Part shown: piece by piece, positions 8,677 through 17,789 of the stretch | How the letters are laid out: each line of letters begins with the position of its first letter | How positions within the stretch are numbered: the first letter of the stretch is position 1 | Assembly: GCF_000018105.1 (NCBI RefSeq) | Contig: NC_009925.1 | Location: 2,040,001 to 2,072,000 of the forward strand | Direction of reading: 5' to 3' | Source: Acaryochloris marina MBIC11017 | Lineage (GTDB): Bacteria > Cyanobacteriota > Cyanobacteriia > Thermosynechococcales > Thermosynechococcaceae | Length of the DNA stretch: 32,000 nt | Made by a program: the position numbers and the translations under genes | Notes under the pieces: generated by a model | What the model was told of the DNA's origin: nothing | Database searches by the model: none | Seen by the model: the letters and a program-made list of their open reading frames with translations, nothing else

Positions 8677-8986
8677 GGATTAATTCTCCCAAGGTATGTC
8701 AGTCCCCCTCGCATGACATTCAATATAGCCACCCATTCAGGCTCCCAACATGACTGTCCTCACGCAGTGAATAGATCTTGATCACGACTCGAACGGCGGA
8801 GGAGAGGCCGTCACATCATGTTCTGTAAGCTTGTTTGACGCGGTACAGAATCAATCGTTCCAAAATTATTGAGACAAAATTCATCGCACCGCCGCATAGT
8901 ATTGCCCTAAAAACTATCTCAGAACCTACAAGCATATCTGTCCCAATCGATACACTAAAGAGGATTAGCGTCAGTATTAAAGCCCT

Positions 8987-10777
8987 ATGACTGAAGTCCT
9001 CGATTCAATGTCTCAGATCAGTACCCTTGCCTCAACAAAGCTGCGGTATGAGGTGGCGATGCCTGATCCGACCTCTCACCTATTTGAGATCACACTTCAT
9101 TGCTCGCTTGGAACTGACGACACTTTAGATTTGAAGTTACCGGTCTGGACACCTGGCTCATACCTCGTTCGAGAATATGCAAAACATTTACAGGATTTCT
9201 CGGCCGTCGATGCTCAAGGCGCCCGTTTGCCCTGGCAAAAAATCAGCAAGAATCATTGGCAGATTCAAACATCCGGCGTCCAGACCGTCACCATCCACTA
9301 CCGTATCTTTGCCCATGAATTGACCGTACGCACCAATCATTTGGATGCCAGTCATGGCTACTTCAATTCAGGAGCCATGTTTTTCTATGTCCCGGGGCGA
9401 GAACAAGATGCGATCGCAATCACGATTCATCCGCCGGATCCCAGTTGGCATATCACAACCGCATTAGATCCTGTGCCCAACCAGCCGTCAACTTTTCTAG
9501 CCGCAAATTTTGACACCCTGGTTGATAGCCCCTTTGAGATTGGTACCCACCAAGTGTATGACTTTGAGGCCTTAGGTAAGCCTCATCAACTAGCGATTTG
9601 GGGAGCTGGGAACTACGACGTAGACCAGATCATCGCGGATACCAAAAAAATTATTGAAGTCGAGGCCAACCTCTTTGGTGGACTCCCTTACGATCGATAT
9701 TTTTTCCTCCTCCATGTTTCAGCCAAGGGGTATGGGGGACTCGAACACCACAACTGCTGTTCATTGCTGTATTCCCGGTTTGGATTTCGTAAACCTGACT
9801 CCTATAACCGCTTTATGGGACTGGTTGCCCATGAGTTTTTTCACCTATGGAATGTGAAGCGGCTGCGGCCTCAAGCCCTGCATCCTTTTGATTATGACCA
9901 GGAAAACTACACGGATGCCCTGTGGTTTTGTGAGGGCGTCACCAGTTTTTATGATTTGATCCTGCCCTACCGCGCCGGTATTTACGACGCTAAGTTTTAT
10001 CTCAAACTGCTGTCAGAATCCATTACGCGCCTCCAGTCCATCCCAGGACGACACACCCAGTCCTTAACGGAGTCTAGCTTTGATACGTGGATTAAGCTCT
10101 ACCGCCCCCATGCCAATTCCCGTAACTGTCAGGTCTCCTACTATCTCAAGGGAGAGATCGTCTCGCTACTTCTTGACTTGCAGATTCGCCAACAGCATCA
10201 CAACCAACGTTCTTTAGATGATGTGATGCTGCAGCTTTGGCAAACCTATGGTCAAAAGGATCTGGGCTATACCCGAGCACAGCTTCTGGACGTCATAGAA
10301 ACCATTGCAGAGTTGGACCTGACTGCATTTTGGCAAAGCTATCTAGATGGAACCGTGGAATTACCCTATGAGGAATTTTTGAATCCATTTGGGTTGGAAG
10401 TGGTGGCTGAGTTTGGAGAACATCCGCTGCCCTATCATGGCCTAACCCTGAGCAGCCAATCTGGAAAAACCCTGATCAAATTTGTTGATATCGCTTCGCC
10501 AGCCCAAACTGCAGGCTTACAACCAGGGGATGAACTATTGGCCTGGGATGGTTTCCGCATCCAGGCGGATCAACTTGAGCAACGTTTGCAAGACTACCAA
10601 AGCGGTGATTCAGTCTCAATCACCCTATTCCACGATGATCAGCTCACCACCCATCGCCTTACCTTAGGTGAACCCCAGCCCAAATCCTATACGGTCAAGC
10701 CAATAGCTCACCCCACGGATCAACAGAAAATCAATTTCCATCAATGGCTGGGCATTGAGTTAGCAGAACTGACCTAA
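8987..10777 (+). CDS. M61-family (glycyl aminopeptidase-like) zinc metallopeptidase with C-terminal PDZ domain
   Basis: 596 aa. HEFFHLWN zinc motif (HExxH). The C-terminal segment IASPAQTAGLQPGDELLAWDG is PDZ-like. Confidence 0.85.
   Translation: MTEVLDSMSQISTLASTKLRYEVAMPDPTSHLFEITLHCSLGTDDTLDLKLPVWTPGSYLVREYAKHLQDFSAVDAQGARLPWQKISKNHWQIQTSGVQTVTIHYRIFAHELTVRTNHLDASHGYFNSGAMFFYVPGREQDAIAITIHPPDPSWHITTALDPVPNQPSTFLAANFDTLVDSPFEIGTHQVYDFEALGKPHQLAIWGAGNYDVDQIIADTKKIIEVEANLFGGLPYDRYFFLLHVSAKGYGGLEHHNCCSLLYSRFGFRKPDSYNRFMGLVAHEFFHLWNVKRLRPQALHPFDYDQENYTDALWFCEGVTSFYDLILPYRAGIYDAKFYLKLLSESITRLQSIPGRHTQSLTESSFDTWIKLYRPHANSRNCQVSYYLKGEIVSLLLDLQIRQQHHNQRSLDDVMLQLWQTYGQKDLGYTRAQLLDVIETIAELDLTAFWQSYLDGTVELPYEEFLNPFGLEVVAEFGEHPLPYHGLTLSSQSGKTLIKFVDIASPAQTAGLQPGDELLAWDGFRIQADQLEQRLQDYQSGDSVSITLFHDDQLTTHRLTLGEPQPKSYTVKPIAHPTDQQKINFHQWLGIELAELT
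9410..9417. repeat. HIP1 octamer GCGATCGC
   Basis: Exact 8-mer read in sequence. Confidence 0.95.
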
Positions 10778-11029
10778 TTTTGGCTCTGGCGTGAAGATGT
10801 TAAACCCCAAAAAAACTTGGGAATGCTAAGGGCATATGAACGAAAACTTGCGTCTCCTTTGCCCCTTTGTCGCTTGGTGTGGACTTAGGGGTATTTTATT
10901 GCCCACAAAAAATCTTTCACGGCATCTTCACCATTAGTTGATAATTTAATTCCAGAGATAAGCAAACCCTTTAAACCTCACTAGCGCGTATAGGTCGTCA
11001 TCACCATATACGTGCATTCCAACAAACTG

Positions 11030-11055
11030 GCCCCCAATTCGGGGGCATTTTATTT
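11030..11055 (+). terminator. Orphan intrinsic-terminator-like hairpin
   Basis: GCCCCC-AATTC-GGGGGC followed by ATTTTATTTG. It lies about 250 nt downstream of the peptidase stop. Confidence 0.45.
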
Positions 11056-11152
11056 GCTTATTTATACTTACGCGGTGATATAAATCACAATAATCATTCC
11101 GTAATGCCACTCAGGTAATCCTCAAGACTAGAAAGTTAGGATGAAATTGCCT

Positions 11153-11185
11153 CAGGGGAACTCTTCGGAGTTATCACCCCCCCTG
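11153..11185 (-). terminator. Compound hairpin just downstream of the Hsp70-like gene stop
   Basis: Outer stem CAGGGG/CCCCTG and inner stem AACTC-TTCG-GAGTT (UUCG-type tetraloop). There is no clear U tract, so terminator function is uncertain. Confidence 0.3.
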
Positions 11186-11206
11186 GGGCATTTGATCTGT
11201 CTAGCC

Positions 11207-12805
11207 TTAGCTGAGTTGGGCAACCACCTGGTTTTTGAGCAGGGTATCTTGAGTTAACAGATCTTCAACGCTGATGCGCAAGGTGCGTCGATTATCGACC
11301 CAAAACAGTACTTTGATGCGATCGCTGCCCGGATACCCCGGCGGTGTTAACTTCGCCACTTTCCGTGACCCATCCCGATCATTCAAAGGTTGAACCAGGG
11401 TTTGGGATTCAGATAATTGCCGAGTTACTAAGCGATCACCATCGAAAAAGACTTCAGTGCCACTATTGGTATTACCCAACTCTCCCAAGATGAGTTCAAT
11501 GCTAGGCTGAGCATCCGTTGAAGCCCCGAGGGTCAGTTCAATCGGTTCCTCCATGGGATAGGGCAAGCCTGCAGGAATAATCGGATGCCAACTATGGGCC
11601 TGTTGACGGCGGTCCCAGTAGCGAACGCCGTAGCTGTGGTAGAGAAAATCTTTCACCTCTAAACCCTGGGCTACCTGTAAAGCGCCTTGGGCAATCGCTT
11701 CAAAGGGGCGGCTACTGCAAATGCGGCTGTCATCAAAATATTGCTGCACCCAGGTTTGAACTGCAGGAATCTGACTGGTTCCCCCCACCAGCAGAACGGC
11801 TTTAATATCATCAACCTCTAAACCTTGGCGACGAGCCTGTTGCAAGACCTGGGTCATGCTGTCATCTAAACGATCAAAGAACTGATGCTCCTTGAGAATT
11901 TGATCAAATTGTTCTCGATCCAAAGCAAGCTCATAACTATCAAAGGTTTCCTCATTAAAGTAAACCTCGGTCGCCTTGGGCTGTAGGGAGAGTTGAATTT
12001 TGAGCCGCTCGGCTAAGCGAGTCGTCAGGGGAGTGACGGCTAAGTTTTGCGTTTTGGCAAAGTGATCGACGAGCCAATTATCAATATCGGTGCCCCCCAA
12101 GTTCTGACCCGCTTTCGCCAAGACGCGGGCTGATTGCGGTCGTTGTTTTGAGGTATCCGCTAGATTCTTATCGCCCCACTTCAGAATGAAGCCCAAAGGC
12201 TGGGTCTTTTGTTGCGACGTATTGATCTGGACCAGAGACAGATCGAAGGTACCGCCTCCAAAATCCACCACCAGCAGCACATCTTGATCGGCTTTGCCAT
12301 AGCCTAAGGCTGCGGCGGTGGGTTCATCGATCATCCGCACCTGCTCCACCTGCAGATCTTGGCAGACCTGCCCCAGCCAATGGCGATAGGTTTCAAAGCT
12401 ATCGACTGGAACCGTCAGAACTAAGGACTCTTTCACGTCCGGATGGGTGGTTTGGAGCTGCTGGAGAATCGTTTGCAAAAACCAGCGTCCCACCTGTTCA
12501 AACTGAATGGTTTGGCCATCCAGTTCCGGCAAAAACCCTTGGACCTTGGACCCAATTCCCCGTTTAAAACTGCGAAAAAAGCGCGGATCATTTTGGATAT
12601 CCAAGCCGCGATCTCGCACCTGTTGCCCCACACAGACTTTATTCTCCGCCGCTTGCTCTACATAGAGCAGACTGGGGATAAGGTCAGGATTTTGGGCCGT
12701 CTGATAGCTCAAACTGGGCAGATTAATAATTTCAGATTGCTCTGTAACCGGGTTCCAACGAGCAATAACGGTATTACTGGTACCAAAATCTATTGCGTAA
12801 CTCAA
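11207..12805 (-). CDS. Hsp70/DnaK-family ATPase, non-canonical short form
   Basis: 532 aa. IDFGTSNT phosphate-1 motif, DEPTAAALGYG, VDFGGGTFD and LVGGTSQIP. Short beta-rich C-terminus with no helical lid or EEVD-type tail. TTG start. Confidence 0.85.
   Translation of the reverse strand: MSYAIDFGTSNTVIARWNPVTEQSEIINLPSLSYQTAQNPDLIPSLLYVEQAAENKVCVGQQVRDRGLDIQNDPRFFRSFKRGIGSKVQGFLPELDGQTIQFEQVGRWFLQTILQQLQTTHPDVKESLVLTVPVDSFETYRHWLGQVCQDLQVEQVRMIDEPTAAALGYGKADQDVLLVVDFGGGTFDLSLVQINTSQQKTQPLGFILKWGDKNLADTSKQRPQSARVLAKAGQNLGGTDIDNWLVDHFAKTQNLAVTPLTTRLAERLKIQLSLQPKATEVYFNEETFDSYELALDREQFDQILKEHQFFDRLDDSMTQVLQQARRQGLEVDDIKAVLLVGGTSQIPAVQTWVQQYFDDSRICSSRPFEAIAQGALQVAQGLEVKDFLYHSYGVRYWDRRQQAHSWHPIIPAGLPYPMEEPIELTLGASTDAQPSIELILGELGNTNSGTEVFFDGDRLVTRQLSESQTLVQPLNDRDGSRKVAKLTPPGYPGSDRIKVLFWVDNRRTLRISVEDLLTQDTLLKNQVVAQLS
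11318..11325. repeat. HIP1 octamer GCGATCGC
   Basis: Exact 8-mer read in sequence. Confidence 0.95.
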
Positions 12806-13039
12806 GAGACTGACCGCTCACTGACAAGAGATGGATAACGTTTGAGAACACGCCTACACAACGAAGCATTCCAGACCAACATGGTGAGGAAAAAGGTACG
12901 TACGAAGATGTGCCTTCTAAACTGCTCCTTGAGGCAATCCTCACTCAATTAGTATACAAAAGAGATCAGACTGCTCCAGCAATAGCTGAAGTATTCTCGC
13001 CTGTGAGCACTCACATGTCCTGAGCGATATTGAACCTTT

Positions 13040-13516
13040 GTGGTCATCAATGCCATGCATACCCTATTTCACTGTGGCTTAAGCCTGATGATTGGACTAG
13101 CCAGCCTGTCTCCTGCAGCAGCCATGTCTTTTGCGACCCATCCGATTATGTTTCCTCAATCCGGCAATCATATTTTTTGGGTTGCGCAAGGAGTGATGCA
13201 GTCAGAAACCTCACCCCAGTCCGGGTCGTTGCCTGACTCGATTCAACAGGCCGTTCTCCAAGATCTTGCCCAACAAACGGGCGATGCTCCAGATCAATTT
13301 CAAATTATTCAGGCCCAAGCCCAAACCTGGCCAGATGGTTGCTTAGGATTAGCTACTCCTGATGTGTTTTGCACCATGGCCCTTGTTGAGGGATGGCAGG
13401 TGCAAGTTTCCAATGGATCCCAAACATGGACTTATCGTACCGATGCCTTTGGAGATGTCGTGAAATTAGAACCTGCTACCGCCTCCTCTCCTAAAAATAA
13501 CTCTCAAAACCGTTAG
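13040..13516 (+). CDS. Hypothetical secreted protein
   Basis: 158 aa with an N-terminal signal-like segment (LSLMIGLASLSPAAA). Two Cys in WPDGCLGLATPDVFC. An alternative ATG lies at 13055. Confidence 0.5.
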   Translation: MVINAMHTLFHCGLSLMIGLASLSPAAAMSFATHPIMFPQSGNHIFWVAQGVMQSETSPQSGSLPDSIQQAVLQDLAQQTGDAPDQFQIIQAQAQTWPDGCLGLATPDVFCTMALVEGWQVQVSNGSQTWTYRTDAFGDVVKLEPATASSPKNNSQNR

Positions 13517-13645
13517 GGCAACCCTTACTTTCCCCTTGAATGCCCGTCCGAGGAACTTTGATGCAATCTCAGAGCTGATCAGTCCAAGCCGTTGAAGTGC
13601 CCTTACCGTACTATGATGGCCTAGGCCTTCCCATGCAGGCTAGCC

Positions 13646-14608
13646 ATGAAGACGATTTTAATCACAGGGGCAACTGGATTTGTAGGCGGGCATCTATTGT
13701 CCTGCTTAGAAGGGCATCCCTACAAACTCAGACTAGCCCTTAGAAAGCCCCCTCAATCCCCACTCCCACCAGGAGCAGACCTGATCCAAGTTGGGGATAT
13801 CAACGCCCTAACCAACTGGCAAGAAGCGCTCATCGACGTTGATATTGTCATTCATCTGGCCTCCCGCGCCCATATCCTCAAGGAAACCGTGGCCGATCCA
13901 ATGGCTGCGTTTAAGGAGGTCAATGTTGAGGGAACCCAGGCTCTCGCTCAGCAATCAATAAAAGCGGGCGTTCAGCACTTTGTCTTTATTAGTTCCATTG
14001 GAGCCATGGCGACTTTGAGTGATGTCGGTTTAACAGAAGCGTCGCCGTGCCGTCCTGACTCGCCCTATGGTCGCAGTAAGTGGCAAGCAGAGCAGGATTT
14101 AATGGCCCTTGCTCAACCCACCAAGATGCGGTGGACAATTTTTCGACCAACCTTGGTGTATGGTCCCCGCAATCCAGGCAATATGGCGCGATTAATCAAG
14201 CTGGTCGATCAGGGATTCCCCTTGCCCTTTGGCTTAATTAACAATCGCCGAAGCCTTGTTTACGTGGGCAATTTAGTTGAGGCCATTGTGGCCAGCCTGA
14301 ACCATCCCCAAGCCTTCAATAAAACCTTTTTGATCAGTGATGGGCGGACGGTATCCACGGCTGAACTTATTCGGGCCATTGCCCAAGCTTTACAACGTCC
14401 AGTTCGATTGCTGCCCATACCGCCCATCTTGATCAAGCTCTTGGGCATACTAACCGGTAAAACGGATGCGGTTGATCGACTTTTAGGATCATTGGCGGTT
14501 GATAGTGATAAGATTTTCCAGACTTTAGATTGGACGCCCCCCTACTCTATGGAACAAGGCCTACACAAAACTGCAGAATGGTATGCTCAGGGCGCTTCCA
14601 AAGCGTAA
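13646..14608 (+). CDS. NAD-dependent nucleotide-sugar epimerase/dehydratase (SDR family)
   Basis: 320 aa. GATGFVG Rossmann motif and catalytic Y-x3-K (SPYGRSKWQAE). Confidence 0.85.
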   Translation: MKTILITGATGFVGGHLLSCLEGHPYKLRLALRKPPQSPLPPGADLIQVGDINALTNWQEALIDVDIVIHLASRAHILKETVADPMAAFKEVNVEGTQALAQQSIKAGVQHFVFISSIGAMATLSDVGLTEASPCRPDSPYGRSKWQAEQDLMALAQPTKMRWTIFRPTLVYGPRNPGNMARLIKLVDQGFPLPFGLINNRRSLVYVGNLVEAIVASLNHPQAFNKTFLISDGRTVSTAELIRAIAQALQRPVRLLPIPPILIKLLGILTGKTDAVDRLLGSLAVDSDKIFQTLDWTPPYSMEQGLHKTAEWYAQGASKA

Positions 14609-14660
14609 GGCAAACCCATCCGTCTCGATACTCCGTGCTCAAGTGATTCACTAAGGATTC

Positions 14661-15647
14661 ATGGTCTTTATCGTTGTTTGTTGTCTAGTAAGCTGCATAT
14701 TCAGCATGATTGGGGTTTATGCATTGACCAAAACCCTCAAGCAAATCCTGATCGATATTCCCAATGAGCGTAGCTCCCATACCCAACCCACTCCCAGGGG
14801 CGGCGGGTTGGGCTTTATTATGGCGTTTGCAGTATCCGCCTACCTCAGCCAAACCTTATTGAGCGACCCCCAGATTACGTTTGCTTATCCAGTCTGGTTG
14901 CCCTTGACCTTTCTCGTTGGGGTCGGCTGTATGGATGATTGGAAAAATTTGTCCTCGACCTTAAGATATGCCGTCCAGCTCTTAGTAGCTTGCATGATTG
15001 TCAGCCAGGGCAATGCCTTTCCTCAGCCCTGGCTAGAGTCTTTGGGCACCGTTGGTTTTGGGGTTGCGATCGCAACCACGATCATTGGCCTCACTGCCTT
15101 GATCAATTTCTACAACTTTATGGATGGTATGGATGGCTTAGTGGCTGGCGTCAGCGCAGTCCAGCTAGGCTTTATGGCCGTTTGGTCCCAAGAACCTGTT
15201 CTCTGGCTGTTGGTTTCGGCCTTGATTGGCTTCCTCTATTGGAACTGGTCCCCAGCCAAAATTTTTATGGGGGATGTGGGCAGCACCTTTCTAGGGGCGG
15301 TGATGGCGATTACGCTGCTCAACCAAACGGGCACCGTCGAACAGAGTTGGTCCGCTTTGGCTATCACCCTACCGATTACGGGCGATGCTATTTACACTCT
15401 GTTCTGTCGAGCGATTCGGGGTGAAAATATTTTCAAGGCCCACCGTAGCCATATCTATCAGCGGCTACATCAAGCGAAGTGGAGTCACAGTAGAGTGGCC
15501 GCGGTCTATATGGGCGTGACGGTGGCATTGGCCCTGCTCATTTACGGCTATGGCAGTTTGGGCGCTTGGATCAGCTTGATCGGAGTTACGATCGCAATTC
15601 TAATCGCGGAACGATATCTAAGTACTCACAAATCTCTCAGTAATTAA
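14661..15647 (+). CDS. Polyprenyl-phosphate N-acetylhexosamine-1-phosphate transferase (MraY/WecA/WbpL family)
   Basis: 328 aa, polytopic. DDxxN-like MDDWKN, NFYNFMDGMDGL and FMGDVGS motifs. Confidence 0.85.
   Translation: MVFIVVCCLVSCIFSMIGVYALTKTLKQILIDIPNERSSHTQPTPRGGGLGFIMAFAVSAYLSQTLLSDPQITFAYPVWLPLTFLVGVGCMDDWKNLSSTLRYAVQLLVACMIVSQGNAFPQPWLESLGTVGFGVAIATTIIGLTALINFYNFMDGMDGLVAGVSAVQLGFMAVWSQEPVLWLLVSALIGFLYWNWSPAKIFMGDVGSTFLGAVMAITLLNQTGTVEQSWSALAITLPITGDAIYTLFCRAIRGENIFKAHRSHIYQRLHQAKWSHSRVAAVYMGVTVALALLIYGYGSLGAWISLIGVTIAILIAERYLSTHKSLSN
15066..15073. repeat. HIP1 octamer GCGATCGC
   Basis: Exact 8-mer read in sequence. Confidence 0.95.
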
Positions 15648-15651
15648 GTCT

Positions 15652-16974
15652 CTACAAAACACGCAGCAGACTGGGAATAGAGCTAATGGCTTCCATCTGG
15701 CGAATTTCGTCTAAGGCTTGATGGAAATTACCTTCTTGGACATCATGGGTGACCACCACAATTTCAGCTAGCTCGGCCTTGATGCCCGTTTGGACAACAG
15801 ATTCTAAGCTGACGCCGTGATTACCAAAGACAGTCCCTAACTTGCCAATCACCCCTGGATGATCTTTGGTTAAAAACCGAGCATAGAAGCGGGTCACCAG
15901 ATCATTCATCGGTGCAATATTGCAGTAATGCTGGTGGGAACAAGCCAGCAACGGGTGGATGCGAGAGGACTCTGGATCATTGGCGACGATACCTGTTTTG
16001 AGCAAAGCCGCAATATTAATCAAATCGGCAACCACGGCACTCGCCGTCGGCCCAGCCCCTGCTCCGGGACCAAAGAACATCACTTGTCCCAACGGATTGG
16101 CTTCGATTAGCAGGGCGTTATAGACATCATTGACGTTTGCTAGGGGATGATCGACGGGAACTAATGTGGGATGAACACGGGCCTCTAATTGAGGCGGCGG
16201 CAGCTCGGCAGTTGTGGGAGGCACTTTTGCGATCGCAAGTAGTTTGATTACAAATCCCAGGTTCTTGGCATAGTTAATATCCGCTGCACTTACCTGGCGA
16301 ATGCCTTCCCGATGAACCTGCTCTAAGTCAATCCGCCCTCCAAAGGCCAGGGAGGCCAGAATCGCAATTTTATCGCCAGCATCTAAGCCATCCACATCCG
16401 CAGTGGGGTCTGCTTCGGCATATCCAAGTTCTTGGGCTTCCGCCAGCACATCGTCAAAGGCTGCTCCCGACTGCTGCATCTTGGTGAGGATATAGTTGGT
16501 GGTGCCATTCAGAATACCGATGAGGGTATGGATCCGGTTGGCGCCTAGAGATTCCTTGAGGGGCTGAATCACCGGAATCCCACCCGCCACTGCTGCCTCA
16601 ATCATGACGTAGACGCCTGCTTGAGTTGCGGCTTGAAAAATTTCCTCGCCAAAGCGGGCAATCACGGCTTTGTTGGCAGTGACCACATGCTTCCCTTGAG
16701 CGATGGCTTCTAGAATCAGGGACCGAGCGGGTTCAAGACCACCAATGACTTCAACCACCATATCGATGGTGGGATCATTGACGATGGCGTTGAGATCCGT
16801 GGTGAGCACCTCAGTCGGGAGATTTAGGCTGCGCGCTTTCTCTAAGGACCGCACCCCAACTTTGGCAATTTCAAGCTCTTGCAAGAGGGGATGTCGGCCT
16901 TTGGGGTTAGCAAAGATCTCGCCCACTCCTGTACCTACGGTTCCTAATCCAAGTAAGCCAATTTTGAAACCCAC
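15652..16974 (-). CDS. hom: Homoserine dehydrogenase with C-terminal ACT domain
   Basis: 440 aa. LGLGTVGTG NAD(P) motif. The central catalytic domain and C-terminal ACT-like region (LTKDHPGVIGKLGTVFG) match Hom. GTG start. Confidence 0.9.
   Translation of the reverse strand: MGFKIGLLGLGTVGTGVGEIFANPKGRHPLLQELEIAKVGVRSLEKARSLNLPTEVLTTDLNAIVNDPTIDMVVEVIGGLEPARSLILEAIAQGKHVVTANKAVIARFGEEIFQAATQAGVYVMIEAAVAGGIPVIQPLKESLGANRIHTLIGILNGTTNYILTKMQQSGAAFDDVLAEAQELGYAEADPTADVDGLDAGDKIAILASLAFGGRIDLEQVHREGIRQVSAADINYAKNLGFVIKLLAIAKVPPTTAELPPPQLEARVHPTLVPVDHPLANVNDVYNALLIEANPLGQVMFFGPGAGAGPTASAVVADLINIAALLKTGIVANDPESSRIHPLLACSHQHYCNIAPMNDLVTRFYARFLTKDHPGVIGKLGTVFGNHGVSLESVVQTGIKAELAEIVVVTHDVQEGNFHQALDEIRQMEAISSIPSLLRVL
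16229..16236. repeat. HIP1 octamer GCGATCGC
   Basis: Exact 8-mer read in sequence. Confidence 0.95.
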
Positions 16975-17027
16975 GGTTATGCCCCATCTCGATCACAAAC
17001 TTTATTGTGACATTCAGATTCAAGTCT

Positions 17028-17690
17028 TCAACAAGATATAGGGAAAATTTGCGGGACTTGCAATCGGTGGGCCGTCTTCAAATCTGATACGGGATAGGGG
17101 GCTTCAGCAGGCGTTAGGAGGGCTTCATAGTTGCCAGACACCACATGCTGCCGCTGATCTGCCACAAAGTCCGAAATATCTTCAATGTCGAGAATCCACT
17201 CTTGGGCATACTTACGAATCGCGTCTCCCCGCAAGCCCAATTGAATCGCTCGCCGCTCCAGCTTATGACCAGCTGGATTATGATCTGGGTCCCACTGCAA
17301 ACGCACATCAGAGGTCTGAACCGCCTTTTGCCAAGATTCTTGGCTATCGTACAGTCCAGACTGAAAGGATGAATGAACGGCCTGAGCCAAAATCGAGTCA
17401 AATGCAGATCGTTGCAAGCGAATCGCCAAGACGACCTCTTGACCAGGTTTTGCTCCCCAACCTGAGCGATACATCATCCACAAAAAGTTAGGCTTTATCC
17501 AGGTCATGCGTGAGAGCTTAAACTCACCACCGAAGTAACCGTGTTGAGCGGCAAAGTTACCAATGGCAGGTCGATAGGCCTGATACACCACAATGGAATC
17601 GGTATCGTATTGGGCCAAGATTACTCGTCCTTGTTGGGGCCAGCGGTCTTTTTGATGGAGATAAGGTTCGGTGCGCAAAGGCATAGCCAA
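17028..17690 (-). CDS. DUF4291-like protein (function unknown)
   Basis: 220 aa. The blocks VVYQAY, FKLSRMTWIKPNFLWMMYRSGWG and VLAIRL match my recollection of the DUF4291 family. The start is either TTG at 17690 or ATG at 17684. Confidence 0.6.
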   Translation of the reverse strand: MAMPLRTEPYLHQKDRWPQQGRVILAQYDTDSIVVYQAYRPAIGNFAAQHGYFGGEFKLSRMTWIKPNFLWMMYRSGWGAKPGQEVVLAIRLQRSAFDSILAQAVHSSFQSGLYDSQESWQKAVQTSDVRLQWDPDHNPAGHKLERRAIQLGLRGDAIRKYAQEWILDIEDISDFVADQRQHVVSGNYEALLTPAEAPYPVSDLKTAHRLQVPQIFPISC

Positions 17691-17711
17691 TTGAAATAGA
17701 AGGCGAATGAA

Positions 17712-17728
17712 ATACTACAATGTAGTAT
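17712..17728. promoter_or_regulatory. 17-bp perfect palindrome ATACTACA-A-TGTAGTAT, candidate operator
   Basis: Checked base by base. It lies about 20-27 nt upstream of the DUF4291 start and 60 nt downstream of the Sel1 gene stop. Confidence 0.3.
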
Positions 17729-17789
17729 AACTAGTTCATGGCCTACTGTCCATCTATCTCATTCAATTCAGCACCAGGAATTAAACCCC

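Noticed and set aside
12443-12838. 131-aa + strand ORF, and the 66-aa ORF at 12433..12633
   Set aside because: They are antisense to or out of frame with the well-supported Hsp70-family gene.
14939-15424. 161-aa alternative-frame ORF
   Set aside because: It lies inside the MraY/WecA-type transferase gene, whose frame carries the diagnostic motifs.
17712-17728. Whether the 17-bp palindrome is a cyanobacterial LexA box
   Set aside because: The consensus as I recall it (RGTAC-N3-DGTWCB) needs GTAC and GTWC half-sites. ATACTACA/TGTAGTAT does not fit, so no named regulator is assigned.
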